From the NCBI GenBank assembly GCA_963805625.1, contig CAWDVE010000016.1:535195-599194 (forward strand): DNA of 64,000 nt. The letters run 5' to 3'. The first letter of the stretch is position 1. Every line of letters starts with the position of its first letter. The notes below the pieces were generated by a model that searched no databases, was not told where the DNA came from, and saw nothing but the letters and a program-made list of their open reading frames with translations. The translations under genes were made by a program, and so were the position numbers. Shown piece after piece: positions 1 through 10,133 of the stretch. Source of the DNA: an uncultured Candidatus Rokubacteria bacterium (GTDB lineage: Bacteria; Methylomirabilota; Methylomirabilia; Rokubacteriales; DASRDR01).

Positions 1-904
1 CATCGCGCGTCACCGGGTCGGCGTCGACGTGCTGCGCGTAGGCGAGGCACGCCTCCAGGTACTCCTTCTGGATCTCGAGGGCGGTCATGGCGCGCCCGTC
101 CTTGAGCTTCACCGTCTCCCGGAGCCCTGGGTCGTGGGAGATGTCCCGGATGGCCTGGACCGGCGACTGGAGGCTGTAGTCCCGGTCGAAATAGCCGTCC
201 TCGATCATGTCGAGGACCACGGCGGTGGTGCCGACCTTGAGGTAGGTCGCGACCTCCGACATGTTCGAGTCGCCGACGATCACGTGGAGCCGCCGGTACT
301 TCTCCGCGTCCGCGTGGGGCTCGTCGCGCGTATTGATGATGGAGCGGGACGAGGTGGTGGCGCCGGAGATCTCCTGGCAGATGTGCTGGGCGCGCTGCGA
401 CAGGCAATAGTGGAAGCCCCGCGGCGTCTGGAGGACCTTGCCGGCGCCCGCGAAGATCTGGCGGGTCACGAAGAACGGGATCAGCGCCTCGGCGAGCCGC
501 TGGAACGAGACGTCGCGTGACACCAGGTAGTTCTCGTGGCAGCCGTACGAATTGCCCGCCGAGTCGGTGTTGTTCTTGAAGAGGAGGATGTTCCCCGAGA
601 TCCCGTCCTCGCGGAGCCGCTTCTCGGCCTGGTGCAGGAGGTCCTCGACGATGCGCTCGCCGGCCTTGTCGTAGACGACCAGGTCCATCACGTCGTCGCA
701 CTCCGGAGTGGCGTACTCCGGATGGAAGCCGGTGTCGAGATAGAGTCGCGCCCCGTTCTCCAGGAAGACGTTGGCGTTGCGCGCTCCCGGAATGACCTTC
801 TCGAAGAGATAACGAGCGACGTTGTCCGGGGAGAGCCGGCGCTGACCGTTCAGCGTGCACGTCAGCCCGTACTCGTTCTCGAGCCCGAAGATGCGTCGCT
901 TCAT
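1..904 (-). CDS. pafA: Pup--protein ligase PafA (5' part; runs off the window edge)
   Basis: Not in the ORF track. Manual translation from ATG at 904 gives [13 protein letters not shown]...[20 protein letters not shown]...[17 protein letters not shown]...[22 protein letters not shown]. The start overlaps the prcA stop (ATGA). Confidence 0.93.
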   Translation of the reverse strand, partial: MKRRIFGLENEYGLTCTLNGQRRLSPDNVARYLFEKVIPGARNANVFLENGARLYLDTGFHPEYATPECDDVMDLVVYDKAGERIVEDLLHQAEKRLREDGISGNILLFKNNTDSAGNSYGCHENYLVSRDVSFQRLAEALIPFFVTRQIFAGAGKVLQTPRGFHYCLSQRAQHICQEISGATTSSRSIINTRDEPHADAEKYRRLHVIVGDSNMSEVATYLKVGTTAVVLDMIEDGYFDRDYSLQSPVQAIRDISHDPGLRETVKLKDGRAMTALEIQKEYLEACLAYAQHVDADPVTRD

Positions 905-1626
905 GAGGTCCCCGTGGGCCGGCCGCCCTCTGGCGGGTCGGGACGCCCGAGGATCGTGCGGAGCTCGCCGTTGGCGACGCGCCGGAACTTCCGGCGCTCG
1001 CGCTTCTGGTCGAGCACCGCGACCTCGAGGTCGCGGTCCGTCAGCGTCTTGTTCTGCGTGACCGTCAGTGCACGGATCCCCAGCCGCACCGCCTCGGCGA
1101 GGGGGGTGCCCTCTCGGTAGTGCTCCTTGAGGAAGCGGCGGATCTCCTCCGCCTGGCCACCCATGGCCGCGTAGTTGCGCTCGTCCTCGATCGACCCGTC
1201 GTAGAGGACATGATACATCTCGTTCTTCCCGTTGGAGCCGTCGGCCACCTCGACGACCAGCACCTCGACCTCGAACGGCTTGAGCCCCTCGGTGAAGATG
1301 GTCCCGAGCGCCTGGGAATAGGCGTTGGCGAGCGCCTTCGCGGTCACGTCCTCACGGTGGTACGAGTAGCCGCGGAGGTCGGCGTGCCGCACCCCTGCGA
1401 TCCTGAGATTCTCGAACTCGTTGTACTTGCCGACCCCGGCGAAGGCGATCCGGTCGTAGATCTCGGAGATCTTGTGGAGCAGGGTGGAGGGGTTCTCGGC
1501 GACCAGGAGCACGCCATCCTGGTACTCGAGAGCGACGATGGACCGGCCGCGGGCGATGCCCTTGCGGGCATACTCGGCCTTGTCCTTCATCATCTGCTCG
1601 GGCGAGACGTAGTAGGGAAGGGGCAT
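901..1626 (-). CDS. prcA: 20S proteasome subunit alpha
   Basis: [29 protein letters not shown] and [24 protein letters not shown], typical of bacterial PrcA. Confidence 0.95.
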   Translation of the reverse strand: MPLPYYVSPEQMMKDKAEYARKGIARGRSIVALEYQDGVLLVAENPSTLLHKISEIYDRIAFAGVGKYNEFENLRIAGVRHADLRGYSYHREDVTAKALANAYSQALGTIFTEGLKPFEVEVLVVEVADGSNGKNEMYHVLYDGSIEDERNYAAMGGQAEEIRRFLKEHYREGTPLAEAVRLGIRALTVTQNKTLTDRDLEVAVLDQKRERRKFRRVANGELRTILGRPDPPEGGRPTGTS

Positions 1627-1629
1627 GGA

Positions 1630-2460
1630 TCAGCGTCCCTGGCGCCGCGCCGCCACCACGGCCTCGCACTGGGCTCGCACCTCGGCCTCGGCGACCTCCT
1701 CGAACCCGGCGCGGGTGATCACCTTCACGGTCGGGAAGATCCCGTAGGTGAAATCGGGGCCGCCGGTCCCCACGTCTTCCTCCGCCGCGTCGACGAGCGC
1801 CTCGGCTGCCCAGCGGATTCCGTCGACTCGCGACGCGCCCGTCCGGTACAGCTTCTTGAGCGTGGTGCGCGCGTCCTTGCCGCCCGACCCGGTCGCCGCG
1901 TAGTCGGTCTCCTCGTACCGGCCCCCCGTGACGTCGTAATTGAAGATCCGCCCCTCGGCGCGGCGCAGGTCGTAGCCGGCGAAGATGGGCACGACCACGA
2001 GGCCCTGCAACGCCATCGGGAGGTTCATCCGGATCATCTGGCCGAGCTTGTTCGCCTTGCCTTCGAGCGACAGGCCGTCGCCCTCCACCTTCTCGTAGTG
2101 CTCGAGCTCCGTCTGGAACAGGCGGGCCATCTCGATCGCCGGTCCGGCCGCGCCGGCGATCGCGACCGCGGAGTACTCATCGGTCTTGTAGACCTTCTCG
2201 ATCCGCCGGTGGGCGACCTGGTAGCCCTCGGTGGCCTGCCGGTCGCCGGCGACGATGACCCCGTCGGCGTACCGCAGCGCGAGGATCGTCGTCCCGGTCG
2301 GCACGCCCGGAACGCCGTGGGGCTCGGCATGGGGGGCCGGCCCGCTCACACCGGGGCGTGAGCCGAGCAGGTCCGGCGCCTCCTGGCGCAGGAGATCCAC
2401 GAAGCTCCGGTTCACGTAGCGCCCGAAGAGACCTTGCCAGGACTCGTGCATGGGGGCCAT
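1630..2460 (-). CDS. prcB: 20S proteasome subunit beta with propeptide
   Basis: Propeptide followed by G|TTILAL...AGDRQAT (N-terminal Thr nucleophile) and ATGSGG. Confidence 0.95.
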   Translation of the reverse strand: MAPMHESWQGLFGRYVNRSFVDLLRQEAPDLLGSRPGVSGPAPHAEPHGVPGVPTGTTILALRYADGVIVAGDRQATEGYQVAHRRIEKVYKTDEYSAVAIAGAAGPAIEMARLFQTELEHYEKVEGDGLSLEGKANKLGQMIRMNLPMALQGLVVVPIFAGYDLRRAEGRIFNYDVTGGRYEETDYAATGSGGKDARTTLKKLYRTGASRVDGIRWAAEALVDAAEEDVGTGGPDFTYGIFPTVKVITRAGFEEVAEAEVRAQCEAVVAARRQGR

Positions 2461-2471
2461 CCGTAGGGGGG

Positions 2472-2477
2472 ATTATA
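2472..2477 (-). promoter_or_regulatory. -10 box (TATAAT) just upstream of prcB
   Basis: Perfect TATAAT on the minus strand, 11 nt before the ATG at 2460; no good -35 box. Confidence 0.5.
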
Positions 2478-2533
2478 CAGCCGAGCTTCGCCGGGAGCCG
2501 CGCCTTCCGGCGCCCCGGGTGTCCGGCTCTAGC

Positions 2534-2654
2534 GCCGTGGCCGATCCGCATCGCATCCCGTCGTCCTCGGTCGTCGGCGGCCCTCAACGTACAGGAGTAC
2601 GCCTCGGGCCGCCTTCTCCCTGCGTCCTAGGGCTGCTCGCGTCTCGGCCACGGC
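2534..2654. repeat. 121-bp nested inverted-repeat (long hairpin) element, REP/MITE-like or structured RNA
   Basis: Terminal GCCGTGGCCGA (2534-2544) pairs with TCGGCCACGGC (2644-2654); inner GGCGGCCC/GGGCCGCC and CGTAC-AGGA-GTACG stems. Confidence 0.65.
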
Positions 2655-2754
2655 ACAAGTGGCCCGACAAGGCATCTAGAGTCCTTGAAGGACAGAACTT
2701 GGTGTGAATGAGTCAAGTTTTCGTGGGGCAACGATCTTGGGGGCGCCCACGGCT

Positions 2755-4251
2755 CTAGACGATGGTCGGCTTCGAGATGTTCTTGAGGAGATCCCGCGCG
2801 GTCGGCGACTGGTCGAACAGCCGACGCACGAGGGCCTCGGTGCCCCGCAGGGGCTCGAGCATGAAGATCTTCTTCAGCGGCCCCTCCTTGAGGTCGAAGA
2901 GCACCGAGTCCCACGAGGCCGAGACGATGTCCTCGGAGTAGCGCTGGAGGCACATCCCCCGGAAGTAGGCCCGCGTGTCGCGCGGGGGGTCGTTGACCGC
3001 TCGCGCGATCTCCTCGTCGCTCGCGATTCGCTCGACCGCCTCGGACTGCTCGAGCTTGTAGTAGAGGCCCTTGCTCGGCCGGATGTCGTGGTACTGGAGG
3101 TCGATCATCGCCACCCGGGAATCGGTCCAGCCCACTCCGTGCTTGGCCCGATAGCTCTCGAGGAGATCGAGCTTGATCACCCAGTCGAGCTCGCGGCTGA
3201 GTGACATCGGATCCTGGGCGAGCCGGTCCAGCACGTGCTCCCACCGCACCAGGACGTCCTTCGTCACGGGATCGAGCTCCCGGTCCCGGTAGTAGCGGTG
3301 GGCCAGCTCCAGGAACTCCCGCTGGAGGTCGATGGCCGTCACGGTCCGCCCGTCGCGGAGGCGAAGCGTCGACCGGCAGGCGAGGTCGCGGGAGACCTGG
3401 CGGAAGGCCTGGACCGGGCTGTCCAGCGAGAGGTCCCGGTCGATGAAGTCGTCCTCGATCATGGACAGGACGATCGCCGTGGTCCCGACCTTGAGGTAGT
3501 TCGCCACCTCCGACATGTTGGCGTCGCCCACGATCACGTGGAGCCGGCGGTACTTCTCGGGATCGGCGTGCGGCTCGTCCCGGGTGTTGATGATGGGGCG
3601 GGAATGCATCGTCTCGAGGCCGACCTCCGTCTCGAGGAAGTCCGCACGCTGCGAGACCTGGTACTCGGTGTACTCGAGGTTGTTCTCCGACCCGACCTTG
3701 CCCGCGCCGGTGAAGATCTGGCGCGTGACCAGGAAGGGCATCATGTACTGGACGATCCGCGTGAAGGGGCAGCGCCGGTCCATGAGGTAGTTCTCGTGGG
3801 TGCCGTAGCTGTTGCCCTTGGAGTCGGTGTTGTTCTTGTAGATGAGGATGCGCTGCTCGGGCGGGGAGGCTGCTTCCGCGCGCCGGCGTGCCAGGTCGAG
3901 GATTCGCTCGCCCGCCCGGTCCCAGACCACGAGGTCCCGCGGGTTCGTGCACTCCGGAGTCGAGTACTCGGGGTGGGCGTGGTCGACGTAGAACCGGGCC
4001 CCGTTGGGCAGGATCAGGTTGATGAGGCGCGACTCCTCCTTGGACGGGAGCTCCTTCTCCTCGGCGTACTCGAACCCCCGGGCGTCCCTGAGCGGGCTCT
4101 CGGCCTCGTAATCCCAGCGGATGCGGGCGGTGCGGTAGGTCTCGTAGGAGTTGATGAGGAGGAGGGAGGACAGGATCGGGTTGAAGTCCGCCTGGTTGCG
4201 GACCGTGATCCCGTACTCGGTCTCGATCCCCATCACCTTCGGGATGGCCAT
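2755..4251 (-). CDS. dop: Depupylase/deamidase Dop
   Basis: GIETEYGI, NGARFYVDHAHPEYSTPEC (Dop-type signature) and NTDSKGNSYGTHENY. Confidence 0.93.
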   Translation of the reverse strand: MAIPKVMGIETEYGITVRNQADFNPILSSLLLINSYETYRTARIRWDYEAESPLRDARGFEYAEEKELPSKEESRLINLILPNGARFYVDHAHPEYSTPECTNPRDLVVWDRAGERILDLARRRAEAASPPEQRILIYKNNTDSKGNSYGTHENYLMDRRCPFTRIVQYMMPFLVTRQIFTGAGKVGSENNLEYTEYQVSQRADFLETEVGLETMHSRPIINTRDEPHADPEKYRRLHVIVGDANMSEVANYLKVGTTAIVLSMIEDDFIDRDLSLDSPVQAFRQVSRDLACRSTLRLRDGRTVTAIDLQREFLELAHRYYRDRELDPVTKDVLVRWEHVLDRLAQDPMSLSRELDWVIKLDLLESYRAKHGVGWTDSRVAMIDLQYHDIRPSKGLYYKLEQSEAVERIASDEEIARAVNDPPRDTRAYFRGMCLQRYSEDIVSASWDSVLFDLKEGPLKKIFMLEPLRGTEALVRRLFDQSPTARDLLKNISKPTIV

Positions 4252-4326
4252 GCCGTCCTCGAGCCGGTCCGCGTCACCCGTGCCTACCGGCGCCCTCCGG
4301 CGCCCCGCTGGGAACGCGGCCGACAG

Positions 4327-4364
4327 AAAAGGGGTGAGGGGGCGACCCGCGCTCCCTCACCCCT
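4327..4364 (-). terminator. Intrinsic terminator between arc and dop
   Basis: Minus-strand stem AGGGGTGAGGGAGCG / CGCCCCCTCACCCCT ending in a short T-run, directly after the arc stop. Confidence 0.65.
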
Positions 4365-4369
4365 GCCGC

Positions 4370-6193
4370 CTACAGGTACTGGCCGGTAGTCTGACGCTCC
4401 ACGGGTCGGTGCTTGTCCTTGCTCTCGCCCGTGAGCGGCTTGACGTAGACGATCCGCTCGCCCTTCTTCCCCGCGATCTTCGCCCAGTCGTCGGGGTTGG
4501 TCGTGTTGGGCAGGTCCTCGTTCTCCTTGAACTCCTCGCGCACGGCCGCCAGCAGGTCGTCGAGCTTGACGCCCTTCTCGGCGCTCGCGATGTAGCGCTT
4601 GAGCGCGAGCTTCTTGGCGCGACGCACGACCGACTCCATCATCGCGCCCGAGGCGAAGTCCTTGAAGTACAGGATCTCCTTGTCCCCGTTGGCGTAGGTG
4701 ACCTCGAGGAAGCGGTTCTCGTCCGCGATGGTGTACATGGCGTCGACCGCCATCTCGATGAGCCGCGCGATGGCCGCCGACATGTCATCGCCGTGGGGCC
4801 GGAGCTCCTGCTCGTGCATCGGGATATCCGGCGTGAGGTACTTTGCCATGATGTCGGCCGCCGCCTGACGGTCCGGCCGGTCGATCTTGATCTTCACGTC
4901 GAGCCGCCCGGGCCGAAGGATGGCGGGATCGATCAGGTCCTGCCGGTTCGAGGCGCCGATCACGATGACGTTCTTGAGCCCCTCGACCCCGTCGATCTCG
5001 GCCAGGAGCTGCGGCACGATGGTCGTCTCGACGTCGGAGGAGATCCCCGAGCCGCGCGTGCGGAAGAGCGCGTCCATCTCGTCGAAGAAGACGACGACGG
5101 GCACGTCCTCGGCGGCCTTCTCCTTGGCCTTGACGAAGATCTCCCGGATCTTCCGCTCGGTCTCGCCCACGTACTTGTTGAGGAGCTCGGGGCCCTTGAT
5201 GTTCATGAAGAAGCCCTTGATCTTCTCCCCGCGCTTCTCCGAGACCTTCTCTGCCAGGTTGTTCGCGACCGCCTTGGCGATCATCGTCTTGCCGCACCCC
5301 GGCGGCCCGTAGAGGAGGACGCCCTTGGGCGGCGCGAGCTTGTGCTCGCGGTAGTAGTCGGCGTAGAGATACGGGAGCTCCACCGCGTCCCGGATCGCCT
5401 CGATCTGGGACGTGAGGCCGCCGATGTCCTCGTACTGGATGTCGGGGACCTCCTCGAGAGCCAGGTCCTCGACCTCGCTCTTCGGCAGCTTCTCCAGGAG
5501 GTAGCCCGACTTCGAGTCCATGAGGAGGTGATCGCCAACCTTGAGCTTGGCCGGGCGGAGCGGCTCCGCGATGACCGCGACCTTCTCCTCGTCCGCCCGC
5601 ACCGTGACGACCGCGCGCGCCTCGTCCAGGGTCTCCTTCATGATGACGACCTCGCCCTGGATCTCGTAGCCCGCCGTCTCGATGACGTTCAGGCCCTCGT
5701 TCAGGACGAGCTCCTGCCCCGGCTTGATCGATTCCTTCCCGATCGACGGGTGGAGGTTCACCTTGACCTTGCGCCCGCTCGACAGGATGTTCACCGTGCC
5801 GTCGTCGTTCAGCGAGAGGAACACGCCGTAGCTGGAGGGTGGCGCGCAGAGCTTGTCCACCTCTTCCTTCAGGGAGGAGATCTGCTCGCGCGCCTCGTAG
5901 AGCGTGTTCACGAGCTTCTCGTTCTGGTTGAAGGCCTGGACCAGCTGCCGGTTCGCCTCCCGCAGCTTGTTCTCCAGGACGACGAAGTCCTTGGGGATCT
6001 CCTCGAGCTTCTTCCGGAGATGCACGACCTCCGTCTCCATGGCCCGGGCGTGAGCCTGGAGATCCTGGATTTGGATCTCGTACTCCGTCAGGCGGCGGCG
6101 GTAGGCGGATTCCGTCATTGGCAGGAATTTTGACAGCCCCTTGACACCCTCGGAGTCACGGGGAGGATTCGCCTTCTTTTCGAACTCTTTCAT
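4370..6193 (-). CDS. arc: Proteasome-associated AAA ATPase ARC/Mpa
   Basis: N-terminal coiled coil, Walker A GPPGCGKT, Walker B FFDEMD, C-terminal GQYL proteasome-docking motif; GGGAGG RBS. Confidence 0.95.
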   Translation of the reverse strand: MKEFEKKANPPRDSEGVKGLSKFLPMTESAYRRRLTEYEIQIQDLQAHARAMETEVVHLRKKLEEIPKDFVVLENKLREANRQLVQAFNQNEKLVNTLYEAREQISSLKEEVDKLCAPPSSYGVFLSLNDDGTVNILSSGRKVKVNLHPSIGKESIKPGQELVLNEGLNVIETAGYEIQGEVVIMKETLDEARAVVTVRADEEKVAVIAEPLRPAKLKVGDHLLMDSKSGYLLEKLPKSEVEDLALEEVPDIQYEDIGGLTSQIEAIRDAVELPYLYADYYREHKLAPPKGVLLYGPPGCGKTMIAKAVANNLAEKVSEKRGEKIKGFFMNIKGPELLNKYVGETERKIREIFVKAKEKAAEDVPVVVFFDEMDALFRTRGSGISSDVETTIVPQLLAEIDGVEGLKNVIVIGASNRQDLIDPAILRPGRLDVKIKIDRPDRQAAADIMAKYLTPDIPMHEQELRPHGDDMSAAIARLIEMAVDAMYTIADENRFLEVTYANGDKEILYFKDFASGAMMESVVRRAKKLALKRYIASAEKGVKLDDLLAAVREEFKENEDLPNTTNPDDWAKIAGKKGERIVYVKPLTGESKDKHRPVERQTTGQYL

Positions 6194-6280
6194 GGCCTCC
6201 CGTCCCTCTCGGCGAGCACTGAGACCGCGCCGCGCCGGCCGGGTCCGGCGCGGGCGACTCTACCCCCGCCAGCTTGAGCA

Positions 6281-6310
6281 ACTATAGGCGGCGCTGGAAA
6301 AAAAAGTCAA
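6281..6310 (-). promoter_or_regulatory. Sigma70-type promoter for arc
   Basis: TTGACT (6310-6305), 18-nt spacer, TATAGT (6286-6281) on the minus strand. Confidence 0.6.
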
Positions 6311-6475
6311 GTTGTGGAGCCATTCCCGCCCCCGTTCAGACGTGCCGTTGCCATCACGCTGCCTTCTGACGCCCGAAACCGTGCAACGCCGGTGCCAGCG
6401 ACGAGTCGGGCGCGGGTCGAAAGGTCCCGCGCGAGAGGGGTCCGCGGAGCCGAGACATCTCTATAATGGGCGCCA

Positions 6476-8095
6476 ATGCGCCCCAGGGCTGCTCGACGGT
6501 GTCGGTGTCCCCGGAGTCCGGCGCGCGCGGCAGTCCTTGTCAGCTTCATCGTACTGTTCGCCGTCACCCGTCTCGCCAGCGCGGCGCCGGCCGCCGAGCT
6601 TCACGTCGGCGTGCTCCACGTTCCTGCGAGTCTCGATCCGGCGGAGGCCACGGCGTCGTCCCAGCTCCTGGCGATGCGCCTGCTCTACCAGGGCTTGGTC
6701 GCATTCGGCGAGCGAGGCGACATCGAGCCCGCTCTCGCGACGACGTGGACCGTCTCCCGCGACGGGCTGGTCTGGACCTTCCGGCTCCGCCAGGACGTCC
6801 TGCTTCACGACGGCACCCCGCTCGGGCCCGATGAGGTCGTCGCGACCCTCGCCGAACGGATCTCCGCCGACGAGCCCCCGGACGGCGCGCCCCCCTGGGT
6901 CCGTCCCTTCCGCGGCGCGGGGCGGGTCGTCCGGGAGGTGCGACGCGGTGAGGGCGCGTCGGTCCAGATCGTCGTGGGGCAGCCATACGCGCCGCTGCTC
7001 GCGCTCCTGGCCCATCCCGGCCTCGCGATCGCCGTCGCGCGGTCCAGCGGCCCTCGGGTCGGGAGCGGGCCTTACCAGGCCGTCGAGCTCACACCCGATC
7101 GGCTCGCGCTGGAAGCGGCGCCGGTCTGGCGAGGGGACCCGCCCCACAGCGCCCGCCTGATACTGCACGCGGTCGCGGACGACGCGGCCGCTCTCGCCGG
7201 GCTCGCTCCCGGAGGTCCTCTCCATGCGGCGCTGCTCGCCGCCCCCCCGGCCTGGGCCGCGGTGGGCCTCCAGGTCATGTCCGGGCCGACCCGGCGGGTC
7301 GGACTCCTGGCGCTTCGGACCGACCGGGGTCTCACGAGCCGCAAGACGGTGCGCCAGGCCGTGGCGCTTGCCCTCGATCCCGCGCTCCTCCGCCCGGCGC
7401 TCGGGCAGTGGGCGGTGCCGCACGCCGCCTGGCTGCCGCCCGGCGCCTGGGCAATGCGCGACGCCAGCACCCTCCTGTTCGACCCCGCGCGAGCGAGGCG
7501 ACTGCTGGCTCAGGTCGCTCCGGTCGACCCGACGTTGACCCTCCTCGCGTCGGACCAGGTCTCGGGGCCAGAGGCCGCGGGCATCGCCGACGCCATCCGG
7601 CTCTCGCTGGGCGCCGCGGGCTTCCGCGTACAGGTGCGGCTGGAGCCGCCGGACGCGGCCGAGACCGCCGCGCGGCAGGGTGCGGCAGAGCTGACCCTCC
7701 ACGAGGAGACGCTCGAGGTGAACGACCCCGACATCTTTCTCCGGCGGCTCCTGGCCACCGACGGAGCCACGCCCGGGAGCGCGACCAACATCGCCTTCCT
7801 CCGGAGCCCGCTGGTCGATGGCATGCTGTCGCGCGCGGGCCAGCTCGGGTTCCGGCCCGAGCGCTTCCGGCTCTATCAGCGCCTCCAGGGGCTCCTCGGC
7901 GAGGAGTTGCCGTACGTGCCGCTCTACGTCCGGCTCCAGTGGATGGTGGCTCGACCCGAGGTGCGGGGCATGGCCCTGGATTCTGCTGGGCTGCACCGCC
8001 TCGAGCGCATGAGCCTCGAGCCTCCGCCCGTGCCCGCGCCGCCGGAGGCTCCACTGAACCCGCTCTCGGGGATGCCACCGCCCACACGTCCGTGA
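6476..8095 (+). CDS. ABC transporter substrate-binding protein, family 5 (peptide/nickel type)
   Basis: Signal peptide, SLDPA...LYQGLV...PALATTWTVSRDGLVWTFRLRQDV and GSGPY motifs. TATAAT at 6462-6467 lies 8 nt before the ATG. No permease genes are adjacent. Confidence 0.8.
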   Translation: MRPRAARRCRCPRSPARAAVLVSFIVLFAVTRLASAAPAAELHVGVLHVPASLDPAEATASSQLLAMRLLYQGLVAFGERGDIEPALATTWTVSRDGLVWTFRLRQDVLLHDGTPLGPDEVVATLAERISADEPPDGAPPWVRPFRGAGRVVREVRRGEGASVQIVVGQPYAPLLALLAHPGLAIAVARSSGPRVGSGPYQAVELTPDRLALEAAPVWRGDPPHSARLILHAVADDAAALAGLAPGGPLHAALLAAPPAWAAVGLQVMSGPTRRVGLLALRTDRGLTSRKTVRQAVALALDPALLRPALGQWAVPHAAWLPPGAWAMRDASTLLFDPARARRLLAQVAPVDPTLTLLASDQVSGPEAAGIADAIRLSLGAAGFRVQVRLEPPDAAETAARQGAAELTLHEETLEVNDPDIFLRRLLATDGATPGSATNIAFLRSPLVDGMLSRAGQLGFRPERFRLYQRLQGLLGEELPYVPLYVRLQWMVARPEVRGMALDSAGLHRLERMSLEPPPVPAPPEAPLNPLSGMPPPTRP

Positions 8096-8319
8096 GACCG
8101 GCCACGGGCTGACACCAGTCCGCCAGTCCGGCGCACCTCGTTCACGCCCCCGCCCCGGCGCCTCCCGCGGGTTCGGGTGTCATCGCGGGCCGGGTCCTGG
8201 CGGAGCGCCCACGGACGAAGGGCCCGCGGCGTGGTTTGCCGGGGGCCAGCGCCGCGGCTACAATGAGTCGGCCTCCCACACGACGGGCCACGACGGGCCA
8301 AATCACGGAGGAGTCGCTG

Positions 8320-9300
8320 GTGCCCACGGTTCGTGAGACCGTCGCCGAGATGGTCCAGTACGTCTTCCCCCAGTACGCGGGCGCACCGGGCCAGATCTAC
8401 GGCGGGCGGATGATGGATTGGATCGCCACCGCGGGAACCCTGGCTGCGTCCCGCGTGGCTCGCGGTCCGGTGACGGTGGGCGCGATGGATGAGATCGACT
8501 TCCTTCACCCCGTGCGGGTGGGGGAGATCGCGATCCTCCGGGCCCGGGTGGAGTACGTGGGGCGCACGTCGCTCGAGGTAGGGGTGCGGGTCTATTCGGA
8601 GAACGCGGCTACCGGGGAGCGCCACGTGACGCTCTCGTCGCACATGGTGTTCGTCGCGATCGACGAGGCGGTTCAGCCGCGCCCGGTCGCGGCGCGCATC
8701 GTTCCCGCCGACCCCGGGGAGGTCGGCGTCATCGAGGCCGCGCGGGCCCGGCGGGAGGTGCGTCGAGCGCGGCTCGCCTCGCGGGCCGAGCGCGCGCGCG
8801 AGGTGAGAGACGAGACGGAGGGCTTCCACTGGCGATTCGAGCAGCATCGGTTCGTGTTCCCGGAGGACGCCCTCCACGGGACACTGATGTTCGCGGGACG
8901 TCTGCTCCTCACGGTGGACGAGGTCGCCGGGATCCTCGCGGTGCGGTATGCGCGGGCCCCCCTGGCGACGGCGTCGATGGACGCGCTGGAGTTCTACGCG
9001 CCGATCCGGGTGGGCGACATGCTCACACTGCGGGGCGCCCTGACGCGCGTGGGGACGCGATCGATGGAAGTGGAGATCCAGGTGCTCGCCGAGGTGCCGT
9101 TCACGGGTGACATCCGGCACACCTGCACGGCGTACCTGACCTTCGTCAAGCTGCGCGGGGCGGGTGGACCGCTTCCACCACTGGAGGCGGCGACCGCGGT
9201 GGAACAGCGGGAGCGGGACGCGGCGGACAAGCGCCAGGCGGCGCGCGTGGCGCGCGTGCACGCGCTCAAGGAGAGCCTCGAGCGCGAGCCCGCCTGGTAA
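8320..9300 (+). CDS. Double-hotdog acyl-CoA thioesterase
   Basis: Two hotdog repeats (GQIYGGRMMDWI; GTLMFAGRLLLTVDE; VGRTSLEV / VGTRSMEV). Start placed at GTG after GGAGGAG. Confidence 0.8.
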   Translation: MPTVRETVAEMVQYVFPQYAGAPGQIYGGRMMDWIATAGTLAASRVARGPVTVGAMDEIDFLHPVRVGEIAILRARVEYVGRTSLEVGVRVYSENAATGERHVTLSSHMVFVAIDEAVQPRPVAARIVPADPGEVGVIEAARARREVRRARLASRAERAREVRDETEGFHWRFEQHRFVFPEDALHGTLMFAGRLLLTVDEVAGILAVRYARAPLATASMDALEFYAPIRVGDMLTLRGALTRVGTRSMEVEIQVLAEVPFTGDIRHTCTAYLTFVKLRGAGGPLPPLEAATAVEQRERDAADKRQAARVARVHALKESLEREPAW

Positions 9301-9383
9301 CGGGAAGCCAGCGAACCGATCGGCTGGCGGCATGCGGAGACGGGGGACGCTTTGCCCCCCGGGGAACGGAGAGGGGTGAGAGG

Positions 9384-10133
9384 ATGTCCGGTCATTCGAA
9401 GTGGTCCCAGATCAAGCGCAAGAAGGCGAAGACGGACCAGGCGCGAGGGAAGGTGTTCTCCAAGCTCGTCCGGGAGATCACGACCGCGGCGCGGACCGGC
9501 GGGGATCCGAAGATGAACATGCGGCTCAAGACCGCGATCGAGGAGGCGAAGGCCGTCAACATGCCCGCCGACACCCTCAAGCGCGCGATCCAGAAGGGGA
9601 CGGGCGAGCTGCCGGGCGAGACCTACGAGGAGATCACCTACGAGGGGTACGGGCCGGGCGGGGTCGCCGTCATGGTCAAGGTGCTGACCGACAACAAGAA
9701 CCGCACCGCGCCGGAGATCCGGCACACGTTCACGAAGTTCAGCGGCAACCTCGGTGAGGTGGGCTCGGTCGGCTGGATGTTCGACCGCAAGGGGATCATC
9801 CAGGTCGAGGCCGCCCGCGTGGACGAGGACGAGCTCCTGGGGCTGGCTCTGGATGCCGGCGCGGCCGATCTCAGGCGCGCGGACTCGGTCTTCGAGATCA
9901 CGGCGACGCCGCACGATCTCGAGGAGGTCCGGCGGGCGCTGGAGGGGCGAGGAGTGCCGATCCAGTCCGCGGAAGTGACCTACGTGCCGCAGTCGACGGT
10001 CCGCCTCGAGGGCAAGGACGCGCAGCAGGTGCTACGCCTCGTCGAGGGGCTGGAGGAGCTCGACGACGTGCAGCACGTGTACGCGAACTTCGACATTCCC
10101 GACGAGGTGCTGGAGGCGCAGGGAGCCGCTTGA
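9384..10133 (+). CDS. yebC: YebC/PmpR family protein
   Basis: MSGHSKWSQIKRKK, YEGYGPGGVA and DDVQHVYANF. Confidence 0.95.
   Translation: MSGHSKWSQIKRKKAKTDQARGKVFSKLVREITTAARTGGDPKMNMRLKTAIEEAKAVNMPADTLKRAIQKGTGELPGETYEEITYEGYGPGGVAVMVKVLTDNKNRTAPEIRHTFTKFSGNLGEVGSVGWMFDRKGIIQVEAARVDEDELLGLALDAGAADLRRADSVFEITATPHDLEEVRRALEGRGVPIQSAEVTYVPQSTVRLEGKDAQQVLRLVEGLEELDDVQHVYANFDIPDEVLEAQGAA

Noticed and set aside
2450-2707. Short ORFs in the dop-prcB gap as candidate Pup
   Set aside because: Wrong strand or composition; not acidic and no C-terminal GGE/GGQ.
29-6133. Long plus-strand ORFs (e.g. 4151-6133, 1120-2361, 3235-4389)
   Set aside because: Antisense shadows of the proteasome genes, expected in high-GC DNA; no recognisable motifs.
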